Shown: one piece after another, positions 51,400 to 64,000 of the stretch | Numbering within the stretch: position 1 is the stretch's first letter | Layout of the letters: every line of letters begins with the position of its first letter | Source: Octopus sinensis | Taxonomy: Eukaryota | Reading direction: 5' to 3' | DNA: 64,000 nt | NCBI RefSeq assembly: GCF_006345805.1 | Contig: NC_043009.1 | Coordinates: 35,774,001-35,838,000 of the forward strand | Made by a program: the position numbers and the translations under genes | The notes under the pieces: model-generated | Seen by the model: the letters and a program-made list of their open reading frames with translations, nothing else | The model's database searches: none | Told to the model about the DNA's origin: nothing

Positions 51400-53190
51400 A
51401 ACTCCACCATCTTTTAGTCTCCATACAAAGTTCTTTTTCTGAAAACGCCAGCTTATCTAGATTTTCATTTATTCACAAAACCAAGTGTACCAATCGATTT
51501 TGGGACAAATGTGAATTTACAGTCTGGATATTGAAGCTGGGTGTACATAGTTATCCTCTTTCTCTTTGATTTTCAAAGTCATATTCACATCAGCAGAGCC
51601 TTAGATCCTCCTGAGCCTCCCAGTTGCAGCAGTTAAGGTAACATGAACTTTTACCAAATTTAGACACTTCAGTAGCCATGATTGGGGGAGTAAAGTCAAA
51701 TGCCTTCCTATAATCAAGCCATATAGTTGCAAAGCTTTTAAAATGTTTTCTTCGGACAGTATTGCTTTGTTTATCAAAAGCTGTTCGCCACACATCCACA
51801 TTCCCTTCTTTCCTCATGTCTACCCAATAGTCATTATGCCATTGAACTTGTAATCGTCCTGGAGGAATTGGTCGAGGCATTTTTGTACAGTTTGTACATA
51901 ATTTTTAGGCAGTGGTATCTTTCTTGATTACAAGATTTGTCATTATTATAGCAAGCCAATTTGATATGCCAATCAGACCTTCCATAGTACATTTGAATAT
52001 ACTTATTAGCGTTCTTTTGAAACCTGTCAGACTCTTGAATCAATATCCAACTATTAGGTCCCTTCTTGGTGCATTCCCATCATGCAGTTTGCCTACAGTT
52101 CTGGTGACAATTTCACGGGTCAGCTGCACATGTCTTACTCTTGGTGTTAGTACAGTAATCCTTATCGTATTTAGCCACGATATATGAATTTTGAAATCCC
52201 CTTTTTCGCTTCAGATTTTCAACCCGAATGATTCATGATCCTGAGAGGAGTAGAGTGGCGTCTTTATTAACAGTAACATTTTCCTTCTTTGTATCTCTGT
52301 ATAATGCGTGTGAGTTAGAAGCAAACTAGAAGCAAATTTATACACACTCATCAAAAAATTCGTTTGAGATAGCGAAGATTTTCGCTCAGTGCCCTGAGTT
52401 CTGGCTTTAGAGTAATTAATATTCCCTCGAGAGCTTAATGTGAAGAGTCATCATAGAATTTTAAAAATTTATTCATGAGATGTAATTGGTGAGGTGTAAA
52501 CTCATTATTCTTCATTCATTTTATCGTGATTAACCATCCAGTCTAACGGTGCAGACTGTTGCTGTTTTCTTGAAGATTTTTGTTTCCCATCTAAGTTACT
52601 TCTGTTTAGTAGTTTCATTACTCTCTATACTGTAGGTTTCTCCAAATTGTTATTTGTGAGTGATAGCAGCTGTGTATATGACGATAAAAATATTCCAGCA
52701 ATTGACCTCACATGATTCCGCTTGTTATCTACTGACATAGTGGATTACTTTCAACATTGGAGGTTTTGGATTATTTTTCTTAATCTTATTAAGAACGACT
52801 TGTGGTTTAATAATAGTTTCGAAAATATAGAAAAGTTCTCTACGAACTGTGGTTTCAAGATGTTTTTAAGTTGAGTGTAGTTCACAGTTGTTTCTGGTGA
52901 CTCAGCTATATTTGAAGACACACGAGAATGTAATGATGACGGTTGCAGTGTGCTTACATAATTTTCGATCTCTCTTCAGGCAGATTTAAGCGAGTACTCG
53001 GTGTTTTGAGAAGTTAGATTTACATCGCGAGTGTAAGCAATTTTTTAAAAAATAAATGCATTTTGCCGAGGTTGTTTAGCCCTAAAGGTACTTAAGTTAG
53101 GGATGAGCTTCACCCTAGTTTTTTTGACCGCTTGATATACCTGATAGAAGAGTTTTCGAGGACTTTTTCATAGCAACGAAGTAAATCTTG
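51400..53190 (-). mobile_element. R4-type RLE retroelement relic with large internal deletion
   Basis: NAPRRDLIVGY*FK (SAPGxD motif), CLKIMYKL and WLDYRKAFD..SWLLKCL (RT) lie close to QLQYPDCKFTFVPKSIGTLGFV (RLE C-terminus). The 5' boundary is uncertain. Confidence 0.6.
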
Positions 53191-54784
53191 GTTCAGATAT
53201 GTGTATGTATGTATGCATGCATGTAAGTATGTATGCATGTATGTACTTTGAGTTTATATATATATATATGTGTATATATATGTGAGTGAAAGGGTATGTA
53301 TACCGAGAGACAGACAGTCAGAAATACAGAGATAGAGATACAGAGAAATGTTGATTGTAGAATGGATTTTTTGTTGTTCCTATGAAAGTTTTCTAGACAG
53401 TTTTCTTGAATTCATAATATAAATGCTTCCGGAAAGTTCTACTCCATTCAAGCATTTGTCCTGTAATTTCATGCTGTATCCATCATCTAGTGCCTAGGTA
53501 TGTATGTGTTCGTGACTATTTCTGAAGGTATACTACATAATCTCTTTGTTGATAGTATAACTCTGGAAACTGCGTTCACGGGGGAATAAGTTGTCACGCC
53601 TCATAGGCGTCATTTTGATTCGATATTACACTGAGGAAATCACATTTACATCGATACACGTATATGTAGATGAAATTTTACGATATTCCGTAACTGTCAA
53701 ATAATACTTTAATAGATTCCAAAGAAATTGTATCATTCCTGAATATTGGATAGTCTTACGTCGGTTAGAGAAAAATAGGCCAATAGCACTGATATTCTAA
53801 ACATTTCCGTGCGGTTAAATGCATACATGTGGGGATGTTGTAGTTGTTACCACATCTGTGATCGAAATTGTTCATGTTAGTTTTTGTTGTCTCGAGAAGT
53901 GTCAGGCTTTTTCTTTTAATAAGTATGCAAATTACTATGAAATATTTGTATTACTTCTCTTTCTCTCCGTAGCTTTAAATGCGAGGATTTATACATCTCC
54001 ACATTAACTTTTGTTGGTGGTCTTTCCGCGGAGCTATACTGTAGTGTTGACAAGTAGGAAAATAAAGAAATGTCTAACCACAGAACATTTTATCGGCTAA
54101 TCTTTTTAAAGTAATATTGTAATATTTGCTAAAGAAAGCAATTCTTCCATGCACTTTGACTTAATGAAATCCAGTAATGTAAAGAGCGATGGCTTAACAT
54201 ATTTGAACAAGTCGACAATATGTGATGATGATGGTGATGACAACGACGATGACGACAATGTAGACGCCGATGATAACGATGAGGAGGAGAAAAAAAGGAC
54301 GATGATGATGATAATAAATTAAGTAGTATTTTCAAAAGCAATAGTGAATTTTTAAGTATGGTAATTGAATATTTCAATTAACTCAGTGGAATGCAACAGT
54401 ATTAGGAACACGCTCTTGCTAAGGATTATGGCAGATATCCGGCAATTTCTCTTCCTTTAATTCCGTCCTTCAATGGACTTTGAATTCCCATTTATTTGCA
54501 AAGTTTTGAAAGTCTCTCTTGTATTATAATTTTTTAAATCTTAGTTGGATTATTTCACGAATTCATTATTTTCTTTGTTTGGTGATCACGTTTTCTCTTA
54601 GAAAAACGATATGGAAATATTAATGAAGTACAAGATTATTCCCATTAAATTATTAATAACATAAATAAATGAATTGGTGGCGGGATTGAAAGTGGAATTG
54701 GATTCATCAATAATTTCTTATTCAGATCAATTATGAATTTACTCTTTCTCATTGTTTTGGTTGTTTGCTTATACATACACAAAT

Positions 54785-55138
54785 GTGGGTTCATTCCCAC
54801 TGCGTGGCATCTTGGGCAAGTGTCTTCTACTATAGCCTCGGGACGACCAAAGCCTTATGAGTGGATTTGGTAGACAGAAACTGAAAGAAGCTCGTCGTAT
54901 ATATGTATACATACATGTATGTGTGTGTGTATGTTTGTGTCTGTCTTTGTCCCCCAACATTGCTTGACAACCGATGGTGGTGTGTTTACTTCCCCGTAAT
55001 TTGGCGTTTCGGCAAAAGGGAGCCGATAGAATAAGTACTAGGCTTCCAAAGAATAATTCCAGCTCGACTAAAGGCAGTACTCCAGCATGGCCGCAGTCAA
55101 ATGACTGAAACAAGTACAAGAAAAAAGAGAAAAAGAGA
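54785..55138 (+). mobile_element. SINE family A, 5'-truncated at the B box, intact tail
   Basis: GGGTTCATTCCCACTGCGTGGCATCTTGGGCAAGTGTCTTCTAC...GGCAGTACTCCAGCATGGCCGCAGTCAAATGACTGAAACAAG. Confidence 0.9.
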
Positions 55139-55171
55139 GATACAATTATCTTAAATATGAGGGTAATAAAT

Positions 55172-55349
55172 TAAAATTTTGGGATAGGGGACCAGTCGAT
55201 TACATCAATCCCAGAGTAAATGGCACTTAACTTATCGACCCGAAAGGCAAAGTCGACCTCAGCGGAATTTGGACTCAGAACGTAACAGCAGATGAAATAC
55301 TGCTACGCATTTCGCCCGGCGTGCTAACGTTTCTGCCAGCTCGCCGCCT
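55172..55349 (-). mobile_element. SINE family B
   Basis: The minus strand reads GGCGGCGAGCTGGCAGAAACGTTAGCACGCCGGGCGAAATGCGTAGC...GTTCTGAGTCCAAATTCCGCTGAGGTCGACTTTGCCTTTC. Confidence 0.88.
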
Positions 55350-56088
55350 CTGGAATGATAATAATAATGATGGCCAAATCTGAATAAAATATTTTTTATT
55401 CAATTTTGTTTATTTGTGCCTATTGCTACGAATGTTACCGAAAGGGTAGTAGAGTGTACCGGCTGTTTACGTTCTGTTCGAATCCTGCTGGGTTCAATGT
55501 TTCGAAGCCTATAAAGCAAAGAACTAATCAAGCACTGGTGATCTTGTAATCGACTAAAACCTTACCTTTTGACTATGTATGTTAGAAGCAATAGTAATTG
55601 TTGTTGTTGTTGTTGTTGTTGTTACAGTTGATGTTGTTGCTGCTACTGGGGTTCTTATAGTTAACATTGGCATTGCTCACATAGAAGATATTTTAAAAGT
55701 TAAATCGTGAAACAAGTTCTATGCGAGTGTATGTCAGCGTATGCGTGCGTGCATATGTGCACGACAGTGTGTTTGTATGAGTGCATTGTATATCAGTGAA
55801 TGTATGTGCATAAATATATACGGGCATGCGTGTGTATATGAAAATATCTATGTATGGTATATCTATGTATGGTAATACGATTAAATTTCCCAAACATAAT
55901 AAAATCTTGCAAAATAATATAGTTCACTGAAGACAAGATGTGGAAAATTATATGTGCGTATTTCTAATTCGTTGGAAGTATTTCATATCATAAACGTCAT
56001 CGTTGTCATCCATCATCATCATTTATTATTATCATTATTATTATTATTATCATTATTATGATTGTTATTATTGTTATTTTTATTGTTA

Positions 56089-56164
<76 letters not shown>

Positions 56165-56169
<5 letters not shown>

Positions 56170-56702
56170 GTTTAACTTTTGTTTACATTTGTACAAGTTG
56201 GCTCCAAGTCTCACACCGAGACCTCAAGAGACAACAGGTTGGAAGTTCATGTTGTTGTTATGCTTAGTGTGCCATATATTTGGTTTTGTATTTAATGTTG
56301 TACTAGTGAATGTCTAAAAAAAAACATACGAAAATTATGTTTGTTTTAAAACTTGAGATTACATAGAAAGCATTTTGCGTAGGATATGAGCAGTTCCCAT
56401 GAGCACTGTCTTTTGAATTTCTGCCATTTTGGGGTTTCCTGGTATCTGAGTTTGGTAGCAATCAGCCCCTTTTGCTATCATTCCCAGGGCACCTATGACA
56501 ACAAGTATTATTTTAGTCTTCAGATTCCACATTTTGCTGATTTCTATTTCAAGATCTTTATATTTGCTCAGTTTTTGGTAGGTCTTGACAGATACGTTTA
56601 TATCGATTGGGACAGTCATATCAATGAGGAGGCTTGCTTTTTGTCTGAAGTCTTTCAATATGATGCCTGGCCTATTTGCATCTATCTTTCTATTTGCATC
56701 TA
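56165..56702 (-). mobile_element. R4/Dong-type RLE domain plus 3' UTR (family 1)
   Basis: ANRPGIILKD..LLIDMTVPIDINVSVKTYQKLSKYKDLEIEISKMWNLKTKIILVVIGALGMI...IQKTVLMGTAHILRKMLSM*, bounded by AAT-type repeats. Confidence 0.88.
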
Positions 56703-56729
56703 ACTTTCTTCTTCTTCTTCTTCTTCTTC

Positions 56730-56760
<31 letters not shown>

Positions 56761-56763
56761 TAC

Positions 56764-56797
<34 letters not shown>

Positions 56798-56806
56798 GTT
56801 ATCATT

Positions 56807-56849
<43 letters not shown>

Positions 56850-56851
<2 letters not shown>

Positions 56852-57010
56852 TCTTTTTATCTCAGTTCTTGTTGGAACTCCTGGAGTCTTGCATACGTAG
56901 CGGGCTTGCTGCCTGCAGCCTACGGTACCATGCTATCTGTTCTTTTCAACTATCTAATACTTCCCTGGTTATTCTGGCTGTGCTGAATAACCTTTTGAAA
57001 TAGTTCTACT
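56850..57010 (-). mobile_element. R4/Dong-type 3' end (family 2)
   Basis: ELFQK...TARITREVLDS* followed by a 3' UTR different from family 1, running into (AAT)n. Confidence 0.6.
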
Positions 57011-57027
57011 CTATTTCGATTATTATT

Positions 57028-57432
57028 TAGAGAGCAGTGCATGCCATCAAAGTGATACTGGGGTAAAATATACGAAGTCCAGTATAACCATCATGACTGC
57101 CGGTCTGATAAGAGTACACCAGGCACATACATCACAACGATATGTGCGCTATATGTGATCCATATCAAGATTAACAGCGCATGACTTTGCAGGTGCGGCA
57201 CAGTTAGAATTTTCTTCGAGTCGAGGAGCCCATCCTGCTCAAAAGGTCTCTGAATAAGGGTCGTTTAAGGTTATTGAATGAAATACCCATGTTTCCATAT
57301 GTAGAATATCGAAACCCCCAAAATTTCTTCTCAACACATGGCTCTCTTGCTCCCCCACTACTTCTGCCTATGATCAGAGATACTCATATCGTCAGCCACT
57401 AGCGGTCATGCTCAAATGGTTAAGGTCAAACA
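57028..57432 (-). mobile_element. family D, 3' two-thirds
   Basis: Reverse complement of about 41975-42380 (TTTGACCTTAACC...TTTTACCCCAGT.TCACTTTGATGGCATG.ACTGCTCTCT). Confidence 0.82.
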
Positions 57433-57469
57433 AATTATTATTATTATTGTTGCTGTTGCTGTTTCTTTC

Positions 57470-57672
57470 TAGGCACCATACTTGCAGAATAGTTAGTATT
57501 CAGTGAAAATGCTTAGCGGCATTTCGTCTGTCCTTACGTCCTGTCTTCAAATGCCGCCGGACCGGACTTTGCCTTTCATCCATTCGAGGTCGATAAACCA
57601 CTTAAACAATGGGATCAATGAAATCGACTCAACCCTTCCCCCAAATTTCAGGTCTAGTGCCTATAGGAGAAA
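57470..57672 (+). mobile_element. SINE family B
   Basis: GCAGAATAGTTAG...AAATGCTTAGCGGCATTTCGTCTGTC...GACTTTGCCTTTCATCC...CCCCAAATTTCAGG followed by (ATT)n. Confidence 0.8.
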
Positions 57673-57674
57673 GG

Positions 57675-57718
<44 letters not shown>

Positions 57719-57788
57719 CATCATCATTATCATTATTATTATCATTATTATTATTATTATTATTATTATCATTATTATTATTATTACT

Positions 57789-57940
57789 AAGGCGGCGAAC
57801 TGGCAGAATCCTTAGTATTCAGGGCAAATACTTAGCGGCATTTCGTGTTTACGTCCTGAAGTTCAATTAAGTACCAGTTGATCACAAGGGTCGATGTAAT
57901 TTCACTTGTCTCCTTCTCCGAAATTGTTAGGTTTGGGCTA
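57789..57940 (+). mobile_element. SINE family B (internal deletion)
   Basis: AAGGCGGCGAACTGGCAGAATCCTTAG...CTTAGCGGCATTTCG...AAGTACCAGTTG...GGTCGATGTAAT, followed by (GTA)n to about 58155. Confidence 0.8.
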
Positions 57941-57943
57941 AAA

Positions 57944-57991
<48 letters not shown>

Positions 57992-58001
57992 CAGTAGCAG
58001 C

Positions 58002-58033
<32 letters not shown>

Positions 58034-58045
58034 CGGCAGCAACAA

Positions 58046-58135
<90 letters not shown>

Positions 58136-58467
58136 AAGTAGTACTAGTAGTAGTAATTTATTTTGTAGTATAGGCTTCAAAGCATTTTACTCTGGGAGAA
58201 ACTCCAATTATATTTGTTTGCTTTAGAACAACTCATAACCTGAATAATGGCCTTTCAGAGCTTTTAATTTTAAACACATTTTAAAAATATATTATAATTT
58301 TATATTTATAGCCTTCATAAAATTTTACTGTTTCTTTTTCTTTTTTTTTTCTTTTTTGTTTTCAATCAGTATGAAGCATTATGTCATTCAAAAACCGTGT
58401 AAATAAATCGTCATATTTGCTTTAAATCTGTAGTAAATTTTTTAAAGTCATGTTGATATTTTTTACA

Positions 58468-58640
58468 TGCTAAGCGGCATTTCGACCGTCTTCATATTTT
58501 GAGCTTAAATTCCGTCGAGGTCGACTATACCCTTCATCCTTTCGTGGTCGGTTAAAATAAGTACCTTTTGAACACCAGAGTAAATCGACTTACCCACTCC
58601 CCTGGAATTGCTGTATTTGTGCCAAAATTTAAAGCCAATA
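58468..58640 (+). mobile_element. SINE family B, 5'-truncated
   Basis: TGCTAAGCGGCATTTCGACCGTC...AAATTCCGTCGAGGTCGAC...AATAAGTACC...GTGCCAAAATTT. Confidence 0.75.
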
Positions 58641-58869
58641 TTCTTTTACACAAAATATCCCTATGGATTATTATAAACAAACCACAAATTTGATAATTTT
58701 ATCATTCTGCAGCTGAGATAGAAATGAAGAAATTTTGGAGTTTAAGTCTTCAGTGAATTAAGTTTAGTATAGTCAGCTAAAGTGAAAAGAAGTAACATTT
58801 TTAAAATTTAGTTGAATAATCTATATTGCATGGAACATTGTTAATAAAAAGCAATGATTTATTTTCAAG

Positions 58870-59600
58870 TTTCTTAACCCGAAAATATTCTATGACAGTT
58901 GAGCAGAAAGTGGAAGCAGATCAATCTTGAGAGACTGTTCTGGTGATATAATCCCTTTTATCTGATCACCATACTACAGGAAGATGAGATTTACAGTATC
59001 CCAGAGTGGTGAACAACCAGTGATCCGACATTGGATCTCTTGACTCATTACCATCAAGTCGATATGTCTATCGATCTTTGACAACCTTGCAACTTGATGC
59101 AGATTTTTCTCTTTTAAAAACGTTATTTTGTCTAAGTATCCCTGTACAAAACATATTTGTTCCTTCTATATTCAACTGTTGTTGTGATGCGCATCATCCT
59201 TAATCAATTAATAGTTTTCTATAATTCTGAAAACGCTGCTGTAGCTTCTTCGTCGATGCTTCTTTTGTTGTTGTTTTCTGCATTTCATGCAAGTTCCAGT
59301 AATTCTTGAAACACATAAAGCAACTTCAATTTTCTACGAAGTTTCACTTTTTACACAAGTGCTCTTTGCTTTCTTTATGTCCTTAAATACGCTTAAACCT
59401 TTCTTTTGTATGGCACGTAGCAAACAGAGTTACAAAAAGTAAATCTTTTAGTGAAGTTTTTTTTTTAATCGTTTCATACTATCCATTCTACTGGTTCTCT
59501 TTCTAATCAGTTTTGTAGTAGCTAAAAATATTATATTTTGAGACAAGCTTTATATTTTTCTTCGTTATTTTCGAATTATTGCAAATTATTCATATTATTG
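58870..59600 (-). mobile_element. pogo/Tigger (CENP-B-like) transposase relic
   Basis: The minus strand gives LIRKRTSRMDSMKRL, CFKNYWNLHEM, SIDEEATAAF and FKREKSASSCKVVKDR*T...GNESRD...LVVHHS, collinear with the Tigger pattern EEKSAPGFKAAKDRLTLLLGGNASGD..PLLVYHS. Confidence 0.6.
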
Positions 59601-60489
59601 AAGACCGAAAGCTATAATAATATACACACCTTGCTGTCCATCATCGCAACACTCCTACATTATTTTCTAAACTTATACAATTTCGAGTTTTGTCCACCAC
59701 GGACTGTCCACGCCTAGGTTTAACCACATTTAAAAGAGGATAAATCAGGAATTAACCATTACTAAGCAAAAACTGTAAGGCGTACGTCCTACCATCAGTT
59801 AATGCCAAATCAAAAAATAACGAAAACATTGTTTAGTTTTTCATCATAATGCATTCATAAGAGTTCACTGCACGGCCGCATTGTTTCAATTTCAGTATTT
59901 ACTCCTATCTTTTTGTCCTACGTTTGACCCGCTATAATTCTATTCATTTATTTGCCCTAATTTATCATAATATTCATTTAATATTTCGTTTTAAAGCCAA
60001 AGGAAGAGCAAACTCTGAGTAGAAACTTAAAACATAATATATTATGCTCAATAAATCGAAGAGAATCAAAATAATTTTAAACAGATAAACAGACACTGCG
60101 GTAGAAATGTCTTAGCTTGTAACTGTTAAAAAGAGTTTCTTACTTTAGTATTTATTGTTTATTTGTTGTCCTCTTAAGAAGTTACATTTTGTAGATTGTG
60201 AGCGTATAAATATTACATCTTAGATGACGATCATGAAATAAATGTTGAATAATTAATATCTCTTTTCATCATCATTTTATTTATGCTTTTATTTTCTATT
60301 TATTTGAATTACAAATATAAGTTAGAAAAGAAAGTAAAACATAAATAACACAAATATTCGAGAATGACAAGTGTGCACGTCATGAAATGTTCTTTCTATT
60401 GAGAGAAATTGGCTTTTATTTCATTTCTCATAAATTTTTAATGAAACGAAGACGTCCTGAGAACCTGTGGAAGAAATGTCTACTGTTTT

Positions 60490-60872
60490 CTAAGAAGTTT
60501 GCTTCCCAAGCTGGTTATTCCGGATTCAGTCCCCTGACGTGGAATCTTATCTTCTAGTATAGTTCCAGGTCGACAAAAGTCTCTTGAGTGATTTTGATCG
60601 ACGGAAACTGAAAGAAACCCATCTTATATGTGTGTGTATGTGTGTGTGCGCGCGTGCATGCATACGTGCGTGTGTATGTGAGTGTGTGTGTGTGTGTGTA
60701 TGTGCATGCATGTGTTTGCTTGATGTTGGTTTGTTTATGTCCAGTAACTTAGCAATTCGGCAAAGACGACAGATACAATATATACTGGGCTCGATTCTTT
60801 CGACAAATTACCTTCAAGCTGGTGTCCTAGCATGGCCGCAGCCCTCTAATTAAAAGACGATAAAAGACGATG
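60490..60872 (+). mobile_element. SINE family A, degenerate, near full length
   Basis: TAAGAAGTTTGCTTCCCAA...GGATTCAGTCCC...ACGGAAACTGAAAGAAACCC-(TG)n-...CTAGCATGGCCGCAG. Confidence 0.8.
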
Positions 60873-61859
60873 AAATATAGTGGTCAACTGCAACTGTTGC
60901 TTCGGAAATGGTCAAAGCCTTGTAGAATAATTTGAATTGTATGTAAAAGTTTAAAATACTAAATTTAGGTATTTTGTTTATTATTGATATTATTATTAGA
61001 GGAGTAATTGGACAACGTTTCTCTACAAGGTCGTCGCTTGTTTAGTTAAAAATAGCATTAAACAACACACTACTTTTACTGACTGAAAAATGTTATAATA
61101 TAATGTAATAGTCGACATTTGAGAAATTACTGGATATTCAGGACAAGAAATACAGATCTGATCGATAAGGGATGATACTGAGCTAAATAAATGACAACAA
61201 TAATATCGGGTTTAAAAAGAAAGACTCACGAGTAACGATTGTACAATAGCCAATAAAAAAAACTCTAAACTCATAACTAACAAGACTATGACACATTGTA
61301 ATGCAGTATAGGGTCCTGAGCTAGATGAAAGCATATTGCACACACATGTATATGTTTGTATGTATGAGTGTACACATACGCTCACCCACACACGCACACA
61401 CGCACACACACACACATGTAGAGAGACAGAGAGTGAGAATATGTGTATATATACAAAACAGTTCAATAAATAAGAAAAAATAATACAACTAAACATTTTT
61501 TTATAATTACAGTCAGTTATAGGGTATATTCAAATCTGCACGACACATGTTTCTGCTGAATAGACATTTCGCAATGTGTTTTATTTGCATCCTGGTTAAG
61601 AGTCTTTACAGCTTTATTCAAAGTATTGCGCGCACACACAAACACATGTATATATTTATGTAGTCAATTCAATGAACAAACAATTCAAAAATCGAAAGCA
61701 ACAAAAAGAGAAAAAAATGGAACAAGAAAAAGCGAACGTGGTGACGTGCACAAGAGTTATATCAGTATGACGCTCGGTGAAAGGAAAGAGTTTTTGACAT
61801 TACGATCATGGACCGTCATCGGAAAGGAGAAAGGGAAAATCCAAAGACGAAGAAGGAAA

Positions 61860-61990
61860 ATTGCCTTTCCTCTTCTCGGGGTCGATAAATGAAGTACCAG
61901 TTTCGCACTGGGTCGATGTAATCGACTTAATCCCTTTCTATGTCCTTGTTTGTCCCCTCTATGTTTAGCCCCTTGTGGGTAGTAAAGAAA
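61860..61990 (+). mobile_element. SINE family B-related 3' part with a different tail
   Basis: TTGCCTTTCCTC..GGGGTCGATAAATGAAGTACCAG...GGGTCGATGTAATCGACTT...GCCCCTTGTGGGTAGTAAAGAAATA. Confidence 0.65.
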
Positions 61991-62009
61991 TATATATATA
62001 TACATATAT

Positions 62010-62160
62010 AAGACAGGCTTCTTTCAGTTTCCGTCTACCAAATCCACTCCACACTTTTGTCGGCCCGAGGCTATAGTAGAAGGTGCCACAGAGTGGGACT
62101 GAACTCGGAACCATGTGGTTGTTAAGCAAGCTACTTAACACACAGCCACTCCTACGCCTA
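62010..62160 (-). mobile_element. SINE family A 5' half
   Basis: The minus strand reads AGGCGTAGGAGTGGCTGTGTGTTAAGTAGCTTGCTTAACAACCACATGGTTCCGAGTTCAGTCCCAC...GGAAACTGAAAGAAGCC. Confidence 0.88.
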
Positions 62161-63275
62161 TATTATTATTATTATATATATATTTGTGTGTGTGTGTGTG
62201 TGTGTATACATATATACATATAGTTCAAATGTACAGAAAATAAAAGACATATAGGTATGAGAAAAACAAGCAGGTGTACTAGTTTGACGTTCGGGAAAAA
62301 TGGAATACGCTTGAAAGAGATGAGAGTAAAAATATGGAGAGAAAAAACTACAGAGAAAATTTTAATGTATCTACTACATGTGTGGTAAATTCTGTCTGTG
62401 GGAATGTTTGTGGAGTTGTTAGCTAAATCTTGCTACATCGTTTTGATGAAACTTGACACGTGAGTAGAACTCATGTCTGGAAACCTCATGACATACTCAG
62501 ATTGTTGAAAAAATCAATAATAGGGCTCCTTGAAGGGATCCTTATATATATCAAATATATTTCATTTTAACAGTCAAGGGAAATAACAAATTCGCCCAGA
62601 TTTTAACAGCCAAGGAACATAACCCATTCAATTTTCTTAATTCATTTGGTATAAATTGAATTCAGTATGGTTATTTCTTAGAATTTGAAATGTTAAAGTG
62701 ATTTTCGCAATTTATCCAGTACAAAATATCCAGCAACTAAATAGTAGTTTCCTAAACAATAGATCCATTAATTTCGGTTAGTGACGAATATACCAACACT
62801 AGCACCGCTGAGAGCAATATTCTCTGGGAACGCACAAAATCCCTTTTCAGAGTTATTTACTTTGAATTGTTATTAGCTCATATCTGAGTAACCTGTTATT
62901 ACGTAATATGCTTAATGATTTTCGTATACATACCTTACTAGTATTTCCTCCTAAGTTCTATATACTCTGGAAACGCATTAAAGCACTTTTCGGGGCTAAT
63001 TATTTGAATTCTTACTACCGGGTAACTAATTTCATGTTATTACATAACTGACTTCACAATTTAGCTGTTCATAACTTATTGGGAATTCCTAAAAACAAGA
63101 TCCTGTGTAAGACAGTTCGGTATTTTCTGTAAATGCACAAACAACGTTTTAAGGGCTACATACTTTGTGTTGTTGTTATTGGATTAGCGAAACAATTATG
63201 AGAACGGAACCAATGGAAAAAACCCGCTTTTCCAGGAATTACCGGCTACGTCAGCTAGTATAAATATATGTGTGA

Positions 63276-63343
<68 letters not shown>

Positions 63344-63356
63344 GTGTGTGTGTATA

Positions 63357-63405
63357 GGCTGTGCTCCAGTATAGCCGTAGTCAAATGACTGAAACAAGTA
63401 TAAGA
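63357..63405 (+). mobile_element. isolated SINE family A 3' tail
   Basis: GGCTGTGCTCCAGTATAGCCGTAGTCAAATGACTGAAACAAG directly after (TG)n. Confidence 0.75.
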
Positions 63406-63413
63406 AAAATGTA

Positions 63414-64000
63414 TATACTTGGTTGATGCAAGAGGTTTTTCAGTTTTTCTCCCGTGATTTTTGAAAATTTGTGTCACCATGATATGCCCTTAATTTTATA
63501 TAACTTGTCCAATGGTTTACTGAATTGATTAAACTCTATTTTACAGACTTGAAAAATTACAATTACAGCCATTTTACGTATCCTGTGTAAAAAGATATTC
63601 TGAGTGCAAGGCCAGCGTCAAAGGAAATTCATGAAGTGGAAGGCACAGGAACTGCCAAGAAAGGCGAGGCATATAATTGATTCACACTCTTCAAGAAAGG
63701 TCACACCAGCCTCGAAGACAAACTGTTTTGTAAGATGAGACCTTCCTTGAAAGAGTTGCACAACAGCCAATAAGAAGCACTCATGCATTATCGACAGGAC
63801 TTGGGTCTTCACAAAGCATCAGCAATCGATCTCTCCATAAGGTTGGCCTTGTGAACAGACGCTGTCGAGAAGCTTTTTATAAACTGATCATTAGCGAGGT
63901 GCAACGCGGCGTAAACATTTGCACACAACTACTGGCAAATCCGCCCGTATTTGGCGTCGAACTGTAAATGGGGATGAGAAATAGATTTATTTTCGTTAAT
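63414..64000 (+). mobile_element. mariner transposase relic, N-terminal half (runs off the window)
   Basis: KEIHEVEGTG...N*FTLFKKGHTSLEDK (HTH), ERVAQQPIRSTHALSTGLG..QSISNRSLHKVG, and WRRTVNGDEK*IYF (the RIVTGDEKW motif). Confidence 0.8.

Noticed and set aside
61790-61827. Fourth hammerhead-like motif on the minus strand (CCGATGA-CGGTC-CAT-GATC-GTAAT-GTC)
   Set aside because: Three positions deviate from the expected CTGATGA/GAAAC pattern; a plausible relic but too degenerate to call.
62090-62160. tRNA-like sequences with A and B boxes (also at 720-790, 1380-1445, 27765-27825, 43379-43450)
   Set aside because: They continue into SINE bodies and lack a complete cloverleaf, so they are SINE heads and not tRNA genes.

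Overview
AT-rich, microsatellite-dense eukaryotic DNA in which I can find no supportable host exon, tRNA, rRNA or CRISPR array. The repeat families look like those of Octopus, which is an inference from their appearance and not a search result. Almost all predicted ORFs are translations of (TA)n, (TACA)n, (TG)n, (AAT)n or (GTA)n runs. The recognisable content is decayed transposable elements: a Gypsy pol region with a probable 3' LTR (~10-13.2 kb), a 5'-truncated CR1-type LINE (35.3-38.0 kb), two head-to-tail HERO-type RLE retroelements (3.5-6.0 kb), several R4/Dong-type RLE fragments in (AAT)n, Penelope-like fragments, mariner/Tc1/pogo relics, and many copies of three SINE-like families plus a ~550-bp non-coding repeat. 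The most interesting signals are at the RNA level. (i) Minimal hammerhead-ribozyme motifs occur in Penelope-type terminal repeats, one with an intact catalytic core at 23825-23899, next to a 184-bp loop-less palindrome whose axis sits on a ribozyme-like GAAAC motif. (ii) The commonest SINE and the CR1 LINE share a 3' tail whose hairpin shows compensatory base changes. (iii) RLE elements and a non-coding passenger element form same-orientation stacks in AAT repeats. These are candidate uncharacterised instances of known mechanisms; nothing here proves a new system. Element boundaries were read by eye and are approximate.
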